From Hypanus sabinus (taxonomy: Eukaryota), in assembly GCF_030144855.1 (NCBI RefSeq), contig NC_082728.1, forward strand, positions 33,170,001 to 33,234,000: DNA of 64,000 nt, in the 5' to 3' direction. This document shows, piece by piece, positions 25,405 to 38,890 of the stretch; the first letter of the stretch is position 1; every line of letters starts with the position of its first letter. Under the pieces are notes generated by a model that was given only the letters and a program-made list of their open reading frames with translations, was not told the origin of the DNA and searched no databases. A program made the translations under genes and the position numbers.

Positions 25405-26565
25405 TCCCTGTCCTCGTTATATGCATCTTCGGACTATGCAGATTCAGTTATGCGAGGAACCGATTTCTACCAACGTCTCCTTACATGCGTCCAAAACTCA
25501 CAGTCGGGATGAGAAGCCCCGCTTTCCCACCAATACAAGTCACGTGCAGACCCCTCACAGTTGGGACGAGAAGCCCCGCTTTCCCGCCAATACAAGTCAC
25601 GTGCAGACCCCTCACAGTCGGGACGAGAAGCCCCGCTTTCCCGCCAATACAAGTCACGTGCAGACCCCTCACAGTTGGGACGAGAAGCCCCGCTTTCCCG
25701 CCAATACAAGTCATGTGCAGACCCCTCACAGTCGGGGTGAGAAGCCCCGTTTTCCCGCCAATACAAGTCACGCGCAGACCCCTCACAGTCGGGACGAGAA
25801 GCCCCGCTTTCCCGCCAATACAAGACACGTGCAGAACCGTCACAGTCGGGACGAGAAGCCCCGCTTTCCCCCCAATACAAGTCACGAGCGCGCGCCTCAC
25901 AATCTTACTCCTGCCAGATGCGCATTGGTTTTGGCAAGCTGTGGATGTGCGATCTTGTGCCCTTAAACTTCTGTTGGTTTTACCTACGGGGTAGTGATTT
26001 TGTGCTTGAAATATTTAACTGTGCCGTCTAAGCCTCCGATTTCATGTCCTGGGCCAACAGCCGAGTGACAGAGAACCAATTTAACATTTGAAAAAAAGTT
26101 GGAAATTATAAGCAGCGCGGCATCGGGTAAAGGTTACACGGCTCTAGGACGCTACTGCCGGGAACAGAACCTTGCCTGTAAAGTTCTTCTGTTGCTTGAG
26201 AATGCGCCAGCCCAGCCTAAACATTTGGGCAGCATTCATCGTAATATAACAGCGCGTTTCCTGCCGCCTAACACAACATCACTGATTCAACCTCTCGACC
26301 AAGGTGTGATCCACATTCAAGTTTTTTTTTTTTTACGCCAAACTATCTCTCAGGTGCTGCAAGCAACAGACGATTATCAAAATCCCGGGAGTTTACCAAT
26401 GGTGAGGGAATGATGGAAGTCGGAATACTTGGCACAAATGGCGATGGACCTGAACCCAATTTTAGAATGGAGTCAGCATTTCAGTGGTTCCCTACCATTA
26501 ACCCTTCTTCCCACAGGCAAATTTATACTGAAAAATAAAATGCTGCCAAGCAAACAACCCTCACC
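25405..26565 (+). mobile_element. Tigger/pogo DNA transposon remnant
   Basis: ORF 26099-26413 VLLLLENAPAQP...FLPPNTTSLIQPLDQGVI is the pogo/TIGD DDE motif; 5' end placement approximate. Confidence 0.78.
25497..25886. repeat. 57-bp GC/CpG-rich minisatellite, about 7 copies
   Basis: Unit CAGTCGGGACGAGAAGCCCCGCTTTCCCGCCAATACAAGTCACGTGCAGACCCCTCA; period 57 (25501, 25558...). Confidence 0.97.
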
Positions 26566-29500
26566 TGTTACGTATTCAGGCAACAATAAATATATGAGTT
26601 CGGCAAGGGTTTATACAACAAATAACACTTTTATTAAACACTGAAACAAACTCCTCAAAAGTAAACAAACACTAACGTAACCGGAAACAGCTGCTGCGTG
26701 GCAGCTTGAATAGTTCTTAAAGCGATGTTGCAAAAACAGTTCTTTAAAGTAGTATTGCCAAAAGTTCAAAAATGCTCACAGTCCATTTAAAGGAGAGACT
26801 TTATAAGATGATTTAAATTCTCTTTCTCGTCGTTTTGCTTCGATCCCCGACGTCGAACTTTTCCCACGAAGAATTTATGAAACGAAACGGCTTAAAGGCA
26901 CTGACCTTTCCTTTATCACACTGTCCTCAATCTTCTGCTATCCCACAGAGATTAACATAAGAAGAGTCAACGAATTCCTTTCAAATAAGGATTAAATCAG
27001 GTCAAACCCGTTTCACCGTCGAAATAGATTCTCCTCGATCTTTAACTCCCAAACTCCGATCTTCACTCTCCACTGATTTCTGAACTAGCAGTATTGTAAA
27101 GAACCTGCTGGCAATGACCTTTTAAACTTTAGGTATTAGATAAAACTTCATCTTTCAATTAAACTGCGTCATCACATTAAATCACGCAGTGGCATGAAGT
27201 CAACTTGGCAAATCCAGCCACAAATCCATCACTCATCACTAGCATCCACAGCCAATGAAAAAGGTTTTTCAAAGTCAGGTGCCTTAAGCACAGGTTGTTG
27301 ACATATCATTGTCTTCAATTTTTCAAATGCTTCTTTACAAGGCACTGTCCACACAAACTTAACATTCTTCTGCAGAAGGTTAGTTAATGGAAGGGCAACA
27401 TTAGCAAAATTCTTACAAAATTTTCGATAATATCCTACCGTTCCCAAGAATCTTCGGAGAGTTTTTTCCCCTGTTGGAGTGGGAATCTCTAAAATTGCCT
27501 GAACTTTTGCCTGAACAGGAGCTACCTTACCTTGACCCACAACATAACCAAGGTAAGTCAAAGTGGCATGTCCAAATTCACTCTTAGCTAAATTAATAGT
27601 TAAGTTAGCTTTTGAAAGCCTTTCAAACCATTTCTCCACCGCAATAATGTGTGTTTCCCAAGAACCATTTCCTGTCACTAAATCATCAATATAAGCATCA
27701 GTATCTTTCAATCCCTGAATCACAGAGTTAATCATCCTCTGGAAAGTACCTGGGGCATTCTTCATCCCAAATGGAAGAACATTATACTCATATATCCCAG
27801 ATGGAGTTACAAATACAGAAATCTCTCTACCTTTGTCCGTTAATGGAACACACCTGTAACGTTCTCCTTCGCGTGTCACTGATAACGCCGAATTTAACGT
27901 CGAGATAAACCAGTTAATAAGAACCAGATCGCAGTAAGATTAACCATTTACTGTTCACTCTTCACATTAACATATGGTGAAAACTGTTGATAAAACAATA
28001 CAAGATTGATACAGTATTTGTTCCTTCCTTAATATCACATTTCAAGTGTAAATACTTGCAAAGGTGACTATAACTACATTACACTAAGGTGCAGTATACA
28101 GGGAGAGTTTACCTGCTCCATTGACTACTTTAAATACACTTCCATGCAAACTATCCGCGACTCTTTAACTAACGAAAGCATAAACATTATCTACCGTCGT
28201 TACTTCTAACAGGATCGGCATTAACATCTTAGTTCAATATATCGATTATCTATTAACTTACAGCGTTGCTCTCACTGTGATTTCTCATGCCTGCAAAACA
28301 ACTTCTGCTCAGGTGTGCCTCGTGGTAAGCCCAAACCCTCGCGCTAATTTCAAACCGGTATTTTCCCACAAGACGCGGCGAAACCGGATGTGACGTCATC
28401 GCATGCCGATATATTTTACATGCAATGAATATACTTTAAACACTTCTAATTCTAACTAGAAAATACTATTGAATGAATTACTAAGCGAAAATATTATAAA
28501 CTAAATAACTGTCGTAAAGACAGCACAACACCAATACCCTTTCAATAAATCAATCTTTGTAATCCTACTTTAACAAATCCTGTAACTAACCCTGATTTTA
28601 AATTTACTTTCTGTATATGTACAGGCATAAAATCACTCCCAACACCTCTTATGTAATTTACCTCACCAGTATCAGACTCTTCATTAAACTTCAACACACT
28701 GCCTAACGTCAGTGATTGAGAAGCTCCAGTATCCCTAAGGATTTTTATTGGCACCAGAGTAGATCCTTCTTTCAAGGATACAAACCCTTCAGTTATAAAA
28801 TGATCATATTCCTTGTTAACCTGATCAGACTCTAACAAAGCCTCATTTGTGTTTATCAAACCATGTAACTTTACAGGTGCTTCAATATGTTGCACACAAG
28901 CATCTGGAACTGCTTCCTTCTCCTTCTTTTTCAATCTGAAACAGTTAGCTATTACATGGCCAGGCTTCTTACAGTAGTTACAAATAAGACCGTCTTTCCT
29001 TCACAGGCTTTCCTTCCTCCTTACCTTTCTCATTAACTTCTGATTTACTTTCTGATTTACCTTGAGTCTACATGTTATTTTTCCTCTTAAAAATTCTGCC
29101 CTGAGGAAATTTATTCTTATGGATTAAAACATACTCATCAGCTAATCTAGCACAGTCCTGCAATTTACCAGTATCCCTCCCATTTATGTAGGTCCTTACT
29201 TCAACAGGTACGCTTCTTTTAAATTCCTCCATTAAAATCAGCTCTCTCAATGTATTATAGTCCCCATTTACATTTTTAGAAGAAACCCATCTCTCAAAAC
29301 ACACAGCCTTATCATAGGAAAATTCCACATAAGTTTTTTCCACAGACTTTTTCAAACTTCTGAATCTTTCCCTATATGCTTCTGGGACTAATTTGTATGC
29401 GTTTAGAATATGCATTTTCACAATATCATAATCAAGTGCTTGCACGGCAGTTAAAGCTGTGTAAACTTGCTGTGCTTTGCCTTTAATTACACTCTATAAC

Positions 29501-30502
29501 AACACTGATCATTTATCTTTCGGCCACTCTGACATCCGAGCAATAGTTTCAAAATGTTGAAAATATCTTTCCACTTCTGTTTCACTAAATGGAGGGACCA
29601 ATTTAATTTCTTGACCAGGCACAAATGGGTTTTTAGAACCAGAAGACTGATTCCCAGACCTTAATTCCTCCATTGCATATTCAAATTCCCTCTTCTTCTG
29701 ATCAGTTTCCAATTTACAACACTCCAATTCTGCTTTACTTTGTTCCAACCTCATTTGTTCGATTTGCTACTGAATCTCTATATCACTTATTGGAAACGAC
29801 TCTAAAATCGATTAATCAAAAACACCCGAAACCACATAGTGTGACGTGATTTTCCTCTGTATGACGGCCTTAGATGTGGTCTGCAAAATACCTTTAAGTT
29901 GCAATCTACGAGCTATCTCAGATACCTCAGTTTTTTTTGCCTTCACTAACAACTCCGCGCCTGGCAAAGCCAGAAACCCATCAATAGTCATTGTCGCCGA
30001 AAAACACGCACAAGCTAATCAAACAAAAAATCGAGTATTCCCCTTTTCCAAAACACCGATTCAAAAGTTAGCAAGCATATAAACTCAAACGATCCAATCC
30101 GGATGCAGCCCCCATATTTATGTTACGTATTCAGGCAACAATAAATATATGAGTTCGGCAAGGATTTATACAACAAAAAACACTTTTATTAAACACTGAA
30201 ACAAACCCCCAAAAGTAAACAAACACTAACATAACCGGAAACAGCTGCTGCGCGGCAGCTTGAACAGTTCTTAAAGCGATGTAGCTCAAACAGTTCTTTA
30301 AGCGATGTTGCAAAAACAGTTCTTTAAAGTAGTATTGCCAAAAGATCAAAAATGCTCACAGTCCATTTAAAAGGAGAGACATTATAAGACAATTTAAATT
30401 CTCTTTCACGTCGTTTTGCTTCGATCCCCGACATCGAACTTTTCCCATGAAGAATTTACGAAACGAAACGGCTTAAAGGCACTGACCTTTCCTTTATCAC
30501 AC
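26566..30502 (-). mobile_element. Gmr1-like Gypsy element family 1, internally deleted, both LTRs partial
   Basis: 3' LTR 26566-about 27220, RT-RNaseH 27229-27854 (YIDD, LGTVGYYRKF, AVDAS), PR, gag, PBS, 5' LTR from 30121. Confidence 0.93.
27855..28527. mobile_element. Solo LTR inserted in RT
   Basis: TGTAACG...CAGCACA ends; 5-bp TSD ACACC (27850-27854 / 28528-28532); removing it restores TKIDLLKGYWCVPLTDKG. Confidence 0.9.
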
Positions 30503-31153
30503 CCAGTCAAGGGTTAACATACACATGGTATTCACAAAGGTTTTCCCTCACCAGAGAACCCACTCCCATGGATTAACTATGTGACAACCACACTTTTGTA
30601 TCCAAATAGAATCAGACTCATCCCTACAAGCTACTTGGAGAGAGTCCAAATAGTGATCTCTTTATCTCTAGGTTTCTTCTGTTTCAAACCTTTTCTCTCC
30701 GCTCTTCTCTGCAACTGCCTTCAGCTGCAGCAACTGTGAGAATCATTTATCAATACTCTGGATTGATCTCAACTCACCCCTTTGCGCTACTGAAAGTTTA
30801 AACCAGCGACCCACTCACTGGTGTCTTTCCTTGACCGAAACCATACTCGACTCTGTGGAGCACTCTGTGCTGCTCCTTTTATACTGTTGGGGTAGGTCAT
30901 CACGTGACACTCACAGAAACAAAGTCACAGATTTCCACTACATCATGTACCGTCCCAAGAATTGAGACTGGGGTACATAACACACAGATTTCCAGTACAT
31001 CACGAACCGTCCCAAGAATTGAGACTGGGGTACATAACACACAGATTTCCAGTACATCATGTACCATCCCAAGAGTTGAGACTGGGGTACATAACACACA
31101 GATTCCCAGTACATCATGTACCATCCTAGATGTTGAAACTGGGGTTCATAATA
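30503..31153 (-). mobile_element. Family-3 LTR (partial) with tandemly amplified 5' terminus
   Basis: Reverse-complement homology to 22873-23668; replaces the rest of the family-1 LTR. Confidence 0.7.
30926..31153 (-). repeat. 57-bp tandem array, 4 copies
   Basis: Minus-strand unit TGTTATGTACCCCAGTCTCAATTCTTGGGACGGTACATGATGTACTGGAAATCTGTG starting at 31153, 31096, 31039, 30982. Confidence 0.95.
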
Positions 31154-33067
31154 AATGTGACACACTAAATCATCTAATAATTCAGTCAATTGGTTTTAGA
31201 AGTCACATAATTGCCCAAATGGAGATCACCTGTGTGCAGTCAAGGTGTTTCAATCGATTGTAGTAAAAATACACCTGTATCTGGATGGTCCAATCGCTGC
31301 TCGAGTTTTGAGGGGCTGCAACCACTGGAGAGGGCCGGGTGGATGGTGGTGCCGGCTATGGATGGTGTGGCGATGTTGGGAAATAGTGTAGATTCAACTA
31401 GAGGGGAGGATCTGGAAAAGGAACTGCAAATGAAGGGCTCGGGTGAGGGTGGGTTGGTGGGAGGAGGTTGGAAGGAAGTTGAATCCAGATCTGGAAAACA
31501 GAAAGAGAAACATAATATTGGAATGAATTCAAGTGATGGAGAACAAGGGATGAATATTTTGGAAAAAAGGAAAGAAGACTTCAAGGTATTGTTTAACTTT
31601 CAACCAGGACAGCTGTCCTCCATCAATCCCATTAAATTAATTACAGAGCTAAAAGTGGCCATAGGGAATATAAATTGTGCTGGTACTTTAAGTGGAGGGA
31701 AGGTATTAATTTTTTGTAAGGATAAAAAGCAGTCTGTGAAGGCATTATGATTGAAGACTTGGTAAAAAGATATTACTTATTTTGTCTGTGGAAAATAGAG
31801 ATGTTAGGGATGTTGCACTAGGTGTTCCATTGGAGATTTTGATAGAAGAGGTTAAATCTCATTTATTGGGAGGCAAGTTTAAGGAGGTAAAGAGATTGCA
31901 AGTAGTCAGAAATGGGGAAAGGATAGATAGCTTGTCTATATCGATATGTATTGATGAGGTGAAGCTCCCTGATAAAGTTAGTTTGGGGCCTGTTAGTTAT
32001 AACGTTTGAGGTTATATTCCTCCCCTGCTTAGATGTTCCAAATCTCAGAGGTTTGGGCATGTTGCAGCAGTATGTCATGGAAACTAAGATGTAGTAACAT
32101 AAATATGAAAATTGTGAACATGTAAAATTTAATTGTTGTAATAGCAGAGGAGAACATAGTGCAGCTTATAGAGGATGTGAAATGCTTAAGGCAGCTGAAG
32201 TCAAAAGGTTAAAGTATGGTTTGGTGTGTCTTATGCAGAGGCTGTGCAAAAAGTTAAAGCAAATGATAAATTATTCCCAGTCAGAGAACAGATTGTGAAG
32301 TCAAAGGCTATATGTTGGCATCATGCTTCATCCACTAAAGATAACTTACTAGTTGATAAACATAAGTTTGTGATGTTCATAATGAGTGTGGTGAATTGTA
32401 CTGCGCAGACATCTAGTTGTACTGAGAAGGTTAAAATTATTGTGAAAGCAGCAGAAAGGTATCTGGATATAACAGGTGTTACGTGGGAAGCTGTAAATGA
32501 TGAAGCTCTAATGGGTGGGGTATCTGTATTTCAGTCTCCTTGTGAAATACATAATGGGCATAATAATATTACAGTGGAATGCAAAAAGTCTGATTTCTAA
32601 TTGTCAAGACTTTAAGAAGTTTATTTCTGATTTATCAACTCCACCTGATATTAGATGTATTCAGAAAACCTGGTTGTTACCACATTTAAGTTTTTCCTTG
32701 CAGGATTATATTATAATTGGGTGTGATAGATTATTTGGTAGAGGGGGTTGTGTTGAAAGTTGTGTAAGGAAAGGGATAGGACATAGAGTTGTGGATGTAA
32801 ATGAAGTATGTGAGGCACTTGTAATGGATGTATTTGATTCAACAGGTAGGGTTGTTAAAGTGGTAAGTATTTACAACCCCAGTGCAATGTTCCCTCTAAT
32901 TTTTAATAGTCAGTGTGCGCAAAAATCTTGTGTTGTGCAAAGTTTTTTCCTGTAACAGAAGTATGTGCGCACTGAATGCACACATGGCACAATTTATGTA
33001 GGTTTACAAAATATTTGACATAAAACTGCACAGAATAACAACAAAATAACATACATATTTAAGTCAC

Positions 33068-33928
33068 TCAGTTATTTTTCCTCTCTTTGGCATTTACCCA
33101 TTCTTTGTAAACTCTATCTAGACTGATAGAACTTCCATCCAATTGATTGTTTTTGATTCTCATTAACATATCCAAATGACTTTCACCTAAAGAGTTTCTT
33201 GGCTTGTTTTTGAGCTGATTCATTAGGCTAAAACCTCGCTCACAGTCTGCACTAGATGCAAGAAAGGTTCCCTCAATGTCCATCAACTGTGCAAGGTCGC
33301 AAAACTCTTCATTTTGAAGTACAAATGCCACCATTTGAACAAAGTTTGAAATCAGTTTGGATTTAATTTTTTCTTGCACAGAAAGCTTGAAATTATTAAA
33401 CTGTCTAACTATGACAGTATTTTCATCTAGAAAGTCATGATATTTTAGACATAAGGCCTTAACTTGTTCATCGCCAAATGTGAAGTCACAATCTGCAACT
33501 GCGGAGAAATCAGAAGCTGACCTTTCTTGTACCTCATCTTCAGGAAACCTTTCTTCTGAATGAACACAAAGACGATATATAGAAGTCAACAGCGAATTTG
33601 CATCTACTGTGATGTTTTCTTCACGTTGTTGGCTTAGCAAAACTTTAACTTTGTCACTCCATGGAACATTGTCTCCCAGGTACTGCTTTCTTACCTTGTT
33701 AATTTTGCCTGGCGCAAAATGAAGTGAATGAATCGGTGCCAGGCCACTCTTTTGAAGAATCTTGCACGGTAGAGCCAGTTCATCAAAGACATCACTTAAA
33801 ACCTGTAAAGCTACTTTGTATGTGATGTTTATCAATTTCTTGAGACAGTATTTAGCCACAGGATCTTTTGACTGATCTTCTTCAAAGTATGTGATCAGTG
33901 CCTCATAATTTTTTACTATTGCCTGCAA
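33068..33928 (-). pseudogene. hAT transposase C-terminal fragment with dimerization domain
   Basis: ASSADCERGFSLMNQLKNKPRNSLGESHLDMLMRI; upstream YEVRWLSRH in another frame; N-terminal finger at 35238-35483. Confidence 0.88.
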
Positions 33929-34027
33929 TGCAAAGTGTCTAGATAACCATCTGACTTCATAAAGTGATCTGAAAGCAACAGCTTCATTTTCATAGGCATC
34001 TGCAATTGCTTTAAATTCACATCTTTT

Positions 34028-34578
34028 TTGTGTTCATCCATCGTCGACGTCGATTTGACAGTGTTGAGAGTAGCTTGTGATTTGGATTTAAGTGAGGGGG
34101 AGTTGCACAGCGTCAGCCTCACTCTCTCTTCCCAATTCCCATCTGGATCCAGCGGCAAGACGAGATGACTGGAGATGGGACTAGGTGCAGTGGATGACCA
34201 GGACGTCTTCTGTGTCTTGTCCGGCTCTACATGTTCCATGACGCTTGCAGAGACTGCCTTGTTGACCGTTGGACCTTCTATTGGTCTCATCTGCTCAATC
34301 TGCTCAATCTCAGTCTGACAGAGTCTGTCTTCACTTGCTGGGATAGACAACTCCCTGTCTCACAGACGGTTTGAGACTCATCAGCTACCCTCACCTGGTT
34401 TAGCTGGCTTGTCAAAGCTGGTGCCTGGGGTGTGGCCACTGTCTCATGCAAACAGCTACGGGGAGCCGCATGTGAGAGCTGAGTGCCAGGTGGGGACCAA
34501 AGGTGGACAAACCACCTTGAAAAGGACGTTACATGTTCCCCCACCAGAGGTGCTACACCTCCCTGACACCCCATACAC
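34028..34578. mobile_element. Unclassified non-autonomous insertion (possibly RTE-related) inside the hAT transposase
   Basis: Splits transposase codons AVKR/CEF with short CTTTT duplication; family assignment is weak. Confidence 0.6.
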
Positions 34579-36394
34579 CTTTTAACTGCAAATCGAGAAA
34601 ACACTGTATAGACTGTTGTCATCAAGGTTTCAATGTCTCCAACTTGACTTCTTTCCAATCATCACAAATCCCCAGATCTTCACAGTGTGCTACACAGTGT
34701 TGCTCAACTAAATGTGGAATGTCCTGTTAGTCTTGCTGCAACACCATTAACTCTGCCCAACATTACTGATGCTCCATCAGACGTAAACATCACCATTTTA
34801 TGGAGGTCAAGTTTCTTCTCTTCATAAAACTGCTTTATTGCTGAAACATTAGAAGCATCACATGCTTGCAGCTGAACGATTCCTTCAAAAAACGTTTTAT
34901 AAACAGTACAATCTTTAGATCAGAACTTGAAGTACAGAATGAGACATTTGTTGACAGAAAGGCCTGTGTTTTTATCAATTGCTGACGTGTGAAAATCTGC
35001 TGATGCTATTTCTTCAAACATGTCTTTCTGAACAATATAGTTGATAGCCTCCAGGAATTTGAACGCTTAATTTTTGCTTCGCCAGCTGTCTGGGAGTTGG
35101 ACATACTTATCCGTATGTTCATTAATGTGTTGAACTGAATGTAAAGAGTTATTCATTTTAACAGCTAACAACACACTGTCGATAAGAACTTTGATCTCCT
35201 CTGGGTTTGATTGTTTTCGCTCTTTGCTCATCTGCACTCAACCGTAACATGCGCAGCACTCCTGTGATGGGTAATAACGGGTTCTGTTGTCTGAGCTTTT
35301 TACATTGTCCAAATGCAGTTTACTTGCCAAATGATGCTTCAAAAAGTCAGATTTCCAAATATCATTCCATTTCTTTCCACTAGCAAATTCTCCGGCAAAT
35401 TTTGCATCACGATAATACAAACAGATAACTCCAGTTTCCATATCATACGTAAATATTTCTCGTAGGTGAACGTTCATGACCACATGAGCTTTTGGTGTAG
35501 CAGTTTCTTCTATTCAGTTAAGCCATTCAACTTTAAACAAATTTGCAGTTCTTTTGCACTTCATGCCCTTCACTTCTTTTGAATTTGACATAGTGAATCA
35601 ATATTTTTTTCAATAAAAACTTAGAAAGCTATCTACAGGATTTGAAACATATCTTTGTAAACTTTATGATATGAACACTGCCTGCCAAAGATGGCTGCCA
35701 CCATGATACAGCTGTAGAAACTGGAACAGGAAAGGTGAGATGACGTAAATGCGTGACGTGCATTGTGGTATTTGAAAAAGCGACTAACTAGTTAACAGAA
35801 ACATTTAGCTAAAAGATTATTTTCAATAAATATATTTATTTCCTTTGTGCGCTGATTGAAAAACGTGTGTGCGCGCGCACACGTACACAGATTAGAGGGA
35901 ACATAGCCCTTGTGGAAAGTTCTTGATTCATTTGCTGGAGAGCATATGTAGCTCTAGCTCACTAAGGGTTGTATGGTGTGGGAATCTTAACACACATTGT
36001 TCACTGTGGGGTTTTTCACAGAATGATGGTAATGGTTTGATATTAGAAGAATTTCTAGATATTTCACATCTTCTGTGTCTTAATGATGGGAAGTGCACCA
36101 GACTTAATGTTCATTATAGTTCTGAAACTGCTATAGATTTAACTTTAGTTTCGAGCATTCTGGCTGGAGTGAGTGACTGGGATGTCATGGGAGACGAAAC
36201 ATTGGGCTGTGATTATATTCTGATATTTATACGCTTGGGTGTGGATTTCTATAGGGGACAGGAGGCCACTTTTATGAAGTGAAATTTTGGTAAAGCAAAT
36301 TGGGAGAGGTTTTATGTGATGAACATCTATCAGGGCTGAATGTTGTAGATGATGTGGATTTCTGCAATGAAAGGTTATGCATCAAACTGCTGTG

Positions 36395-37045
36395 ACAATA
36401 GACAATAGAGAATAGGTGCAGAAGTAGACCATTCGGCCCTTCAAGCCTGCACCACCATTCTGAGATCATGGCTGATCATCTACTATCAATACCTGGTTCC
36501 TCCTTGTCCTCATATCCTTTGATTCCCTTATCCATAAGATACCTATCTAGCTCCTTCTTGAAAGCATCCAGAGAATTGGCCTGCACTGCCTTCTGAGGCA
36601 GTGCATTCCACCCCCCCCCCCCCCCACAACTCTCTGGGAGAAGAAGTTTTTCCTTAACTCTGTCCTAAATGACCTACCCCTTATTCTCAAACCATGCCCT
36701 CTGGTACTGGACTCTCACAGCATCTGGAGCATAATTCCTGTCTCTATCTTGTCCAATCCCTTAATAATCTTATATGTTGCAATCAGGTCCCCTCTCAATC
36801 TCCTTAATTCCAGCGTGTACAAGCCCAGTCTCTCTAACCTCTCTGCATAAGACAGTCCAGACATCCCAGGAATTAATCTCGTGAATCTACGCTGCACTTC
36901 CTCTATAGCCAGGATGTCCTTCCTTAACCCTGGAGACCAACACTGTACACAATACTCCAGGTGTGGTCTCACCAGGACCCTGTACAAATGCAGAAGTATT
37001 TCCTTGCTCTTGTACTCAATTCCCTTTGTAATAAAGGCCAACATT
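36395..37045 (-). mobile_element. CR1 3' fragment inserted in the Nimb LINE
   Basis: ORF 36715-37044 LVRPHLEYCVQCWSPG; CTATTGT-type tail. Confidence 0.9.
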
Positions 37046-37525
37046 CCATTAGCCTTAGCCTGTGGAAGTGATTCCTATTAAAAAGGGCATTAATATTAGG
37101 AAAGCTGTACCATGGTGGACTTGGGATTGTGCAGAGGCAATTAGGGAGAGAAATGAGGCATTTAGGAAAATTAAGTATCACTCTTTGAGTGATGTTATTA
37201 AATATAAAAGGGCACAGGCCGTGGTAAGCAAAGTAGTGAAGGTGCAAAAACGTTTTACTGGAGGTCATACTGTGATTGTATTGGAAGAGATATTAAACCT
37301 GGAGATGTTTGGAGAATACTTAAAACAAATGTGGGGGGAGGCAGAGATTCATAGGGCTAATAACATTCCAGTATTGATTAAAGAAGGTAATACAATTATT
37401 ACTGAAACAGAGAAGGTTGTGTTACGGGCTTGGTCATTTATTGTAATTCATAATAAAGTTGATTTAAGTGAAGAGGCTAAACAGTGTAGGGATAAGGCTC
37501 TAAGTGAATATTCTGATGTGTTATA

Positions 37526-38890
37526 GACCAGTGAGTCTTATTTCAATGGTGGGCAAGTTGTTGGACAAGATCCTGAGAGGCAGGATTTATAAGCATTTGG
37601 AGAGACAATCTGACTAGGGATAAGCAGCATGGCTTTGTCAAGGGCAGGTTATGCCTTAGGAACCTGATTGAATTCTTTGAGGATGTAATAAAACACATTG
37701 ATGAAGGTAGAGCAGTGGATGTAGTGAATATGGATTTCAATAAGGCATTTAATAATGTTCCCCATGTGATGCTCATTCAGAAAGTAATGAGGCATGGGAT
37801 GCAAGGAGACCTGGCTTTGTGGATCCAGAGCTGGCTTGACCACAGAAGGCAAAGGGTGGTCGTGGATGGTTCATGTTCTGCTTGGAGGATGGTGATGAGA
37901 GATCTGTTCTGGATTGACTCCTTTAATGTTTTTTATATAAATGATCTGGCTGAGGATGTAGAAGGGTGGGTTAGTAAGTTTGCTGATATTGCCAAAGTTA
38001 GAGGTGTTGTGGATTGTCTGGAGGGTTGTCAGAGGTTACAGCTGGACCTTGATAGGATGCAGAAATGGGCTGAGAAGTAGCAGATAGAGTTCAACCCAAA
38101 TATGTGTGAAGTGGTTCATTTTGGTAAGTCAGATTTGAAGACAGAATATAATATTAATGGTAAGACTCTTGGCAGTGTGGAGGATCTGGGAGATCTTGAG
38201 CTCCATGTCCATAGGACACTCAAAGGTGCTGCACAGTGTACAGATTGACAGTGTTGTTATGAAGGCATATGGTGTGTGTAGGCTTTCATCAACCATCAGA
38301 TTGAGTTCAAGAGCTGGGAGTTAATGTTACAACTATGTAAGACCTTAGTTACCCCCCATTTGGAGTACTGTGTTCAGTTCTGGTCACATCACTACAGGAA
38401 GGATGTGGATGCTATAGAGAGAGTGCAGAGGAGATGTACAAGGATGTTGCCTGGATTGGAGAGTATACCTTATGAAGATAGGTTGAGTGAACTTGGCCTT
38501 TTCCCTTTGAAGCAGTGAAGGATGAGAGGTGACCTGCTTGAGGTGTATAAGATGATGAGAGGCATTGATAGTGTGGAAAGCCAGAGGGTTTTTCCCAGGG
38601 TCAAAATGGCTAACAAAAAGGGAAGTAGTTTTAAGATGCTTGGAAGTAGGTACAGGGAGATGTCAGAGGTAAGTTTTTCACACATGGTGGGTGCATGGGA
38701 TGCACTGCCGGCGATGATGGTAGAGGCAGACACAACAGGGTCTTTTAAGAGACCCAGAGACAGGTACATGGAACTTAGAAAAATAGAGAGTATGCGGTAG
38801 GGAAATTCTGGGCCGCTTCTAGACTCGGTTACATTGTCGGCACAACACTGTGGGCCAAAGGGCCTGTAATGTGCTATAGGTTTTCAATGT
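37526..38890 (+). mobile_element. CR1 RT + 3' fragment inserted in the Nimb LINE
   Basis: KQHGF, MDFNKAFNNVPH, KFADI, VTPHLEYCVQFWSH, tail. Confidence 0.9.

Larger units (their letters stand above)
32885..35906 (-). mobile_element. hAT DNA transposon (ZNF862-like transposase)
   Basis: 16-bp TIRs CAATGTTCCCTCTAAT / ATTAGAGGGAACATAG; 8-bp TSD CCCCAGTG / CCCTTGTG (6/8); transposase fragments. Confidence 0.92.

Noticed and set aside
25421-25994. Four overlapping 137-181 aa repetitive ORFs
   Set aside because: Artefact of a stop-free 57-bp minisatellite; open on both strands, no splice or domain support
25497-31153. 57-bp arrays as CRISPR-like, or as related to each other
   Set aside because: Head-to-tail repeats with no unique spacers, eukaryotic context; the two units share only period, not sequence
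34028-34578. HDV-like ribozyme in RTE-like inserts (also 53110-53450)
   Set aside because: Could not fold a convincing nested double pseudoknot by eye; needs a descriptor search
33068-35483. Host ZNF862-like gene
   Set aside because: Bounded by TIRs and TSD, frameshifted and interrupted, so a transposon copy
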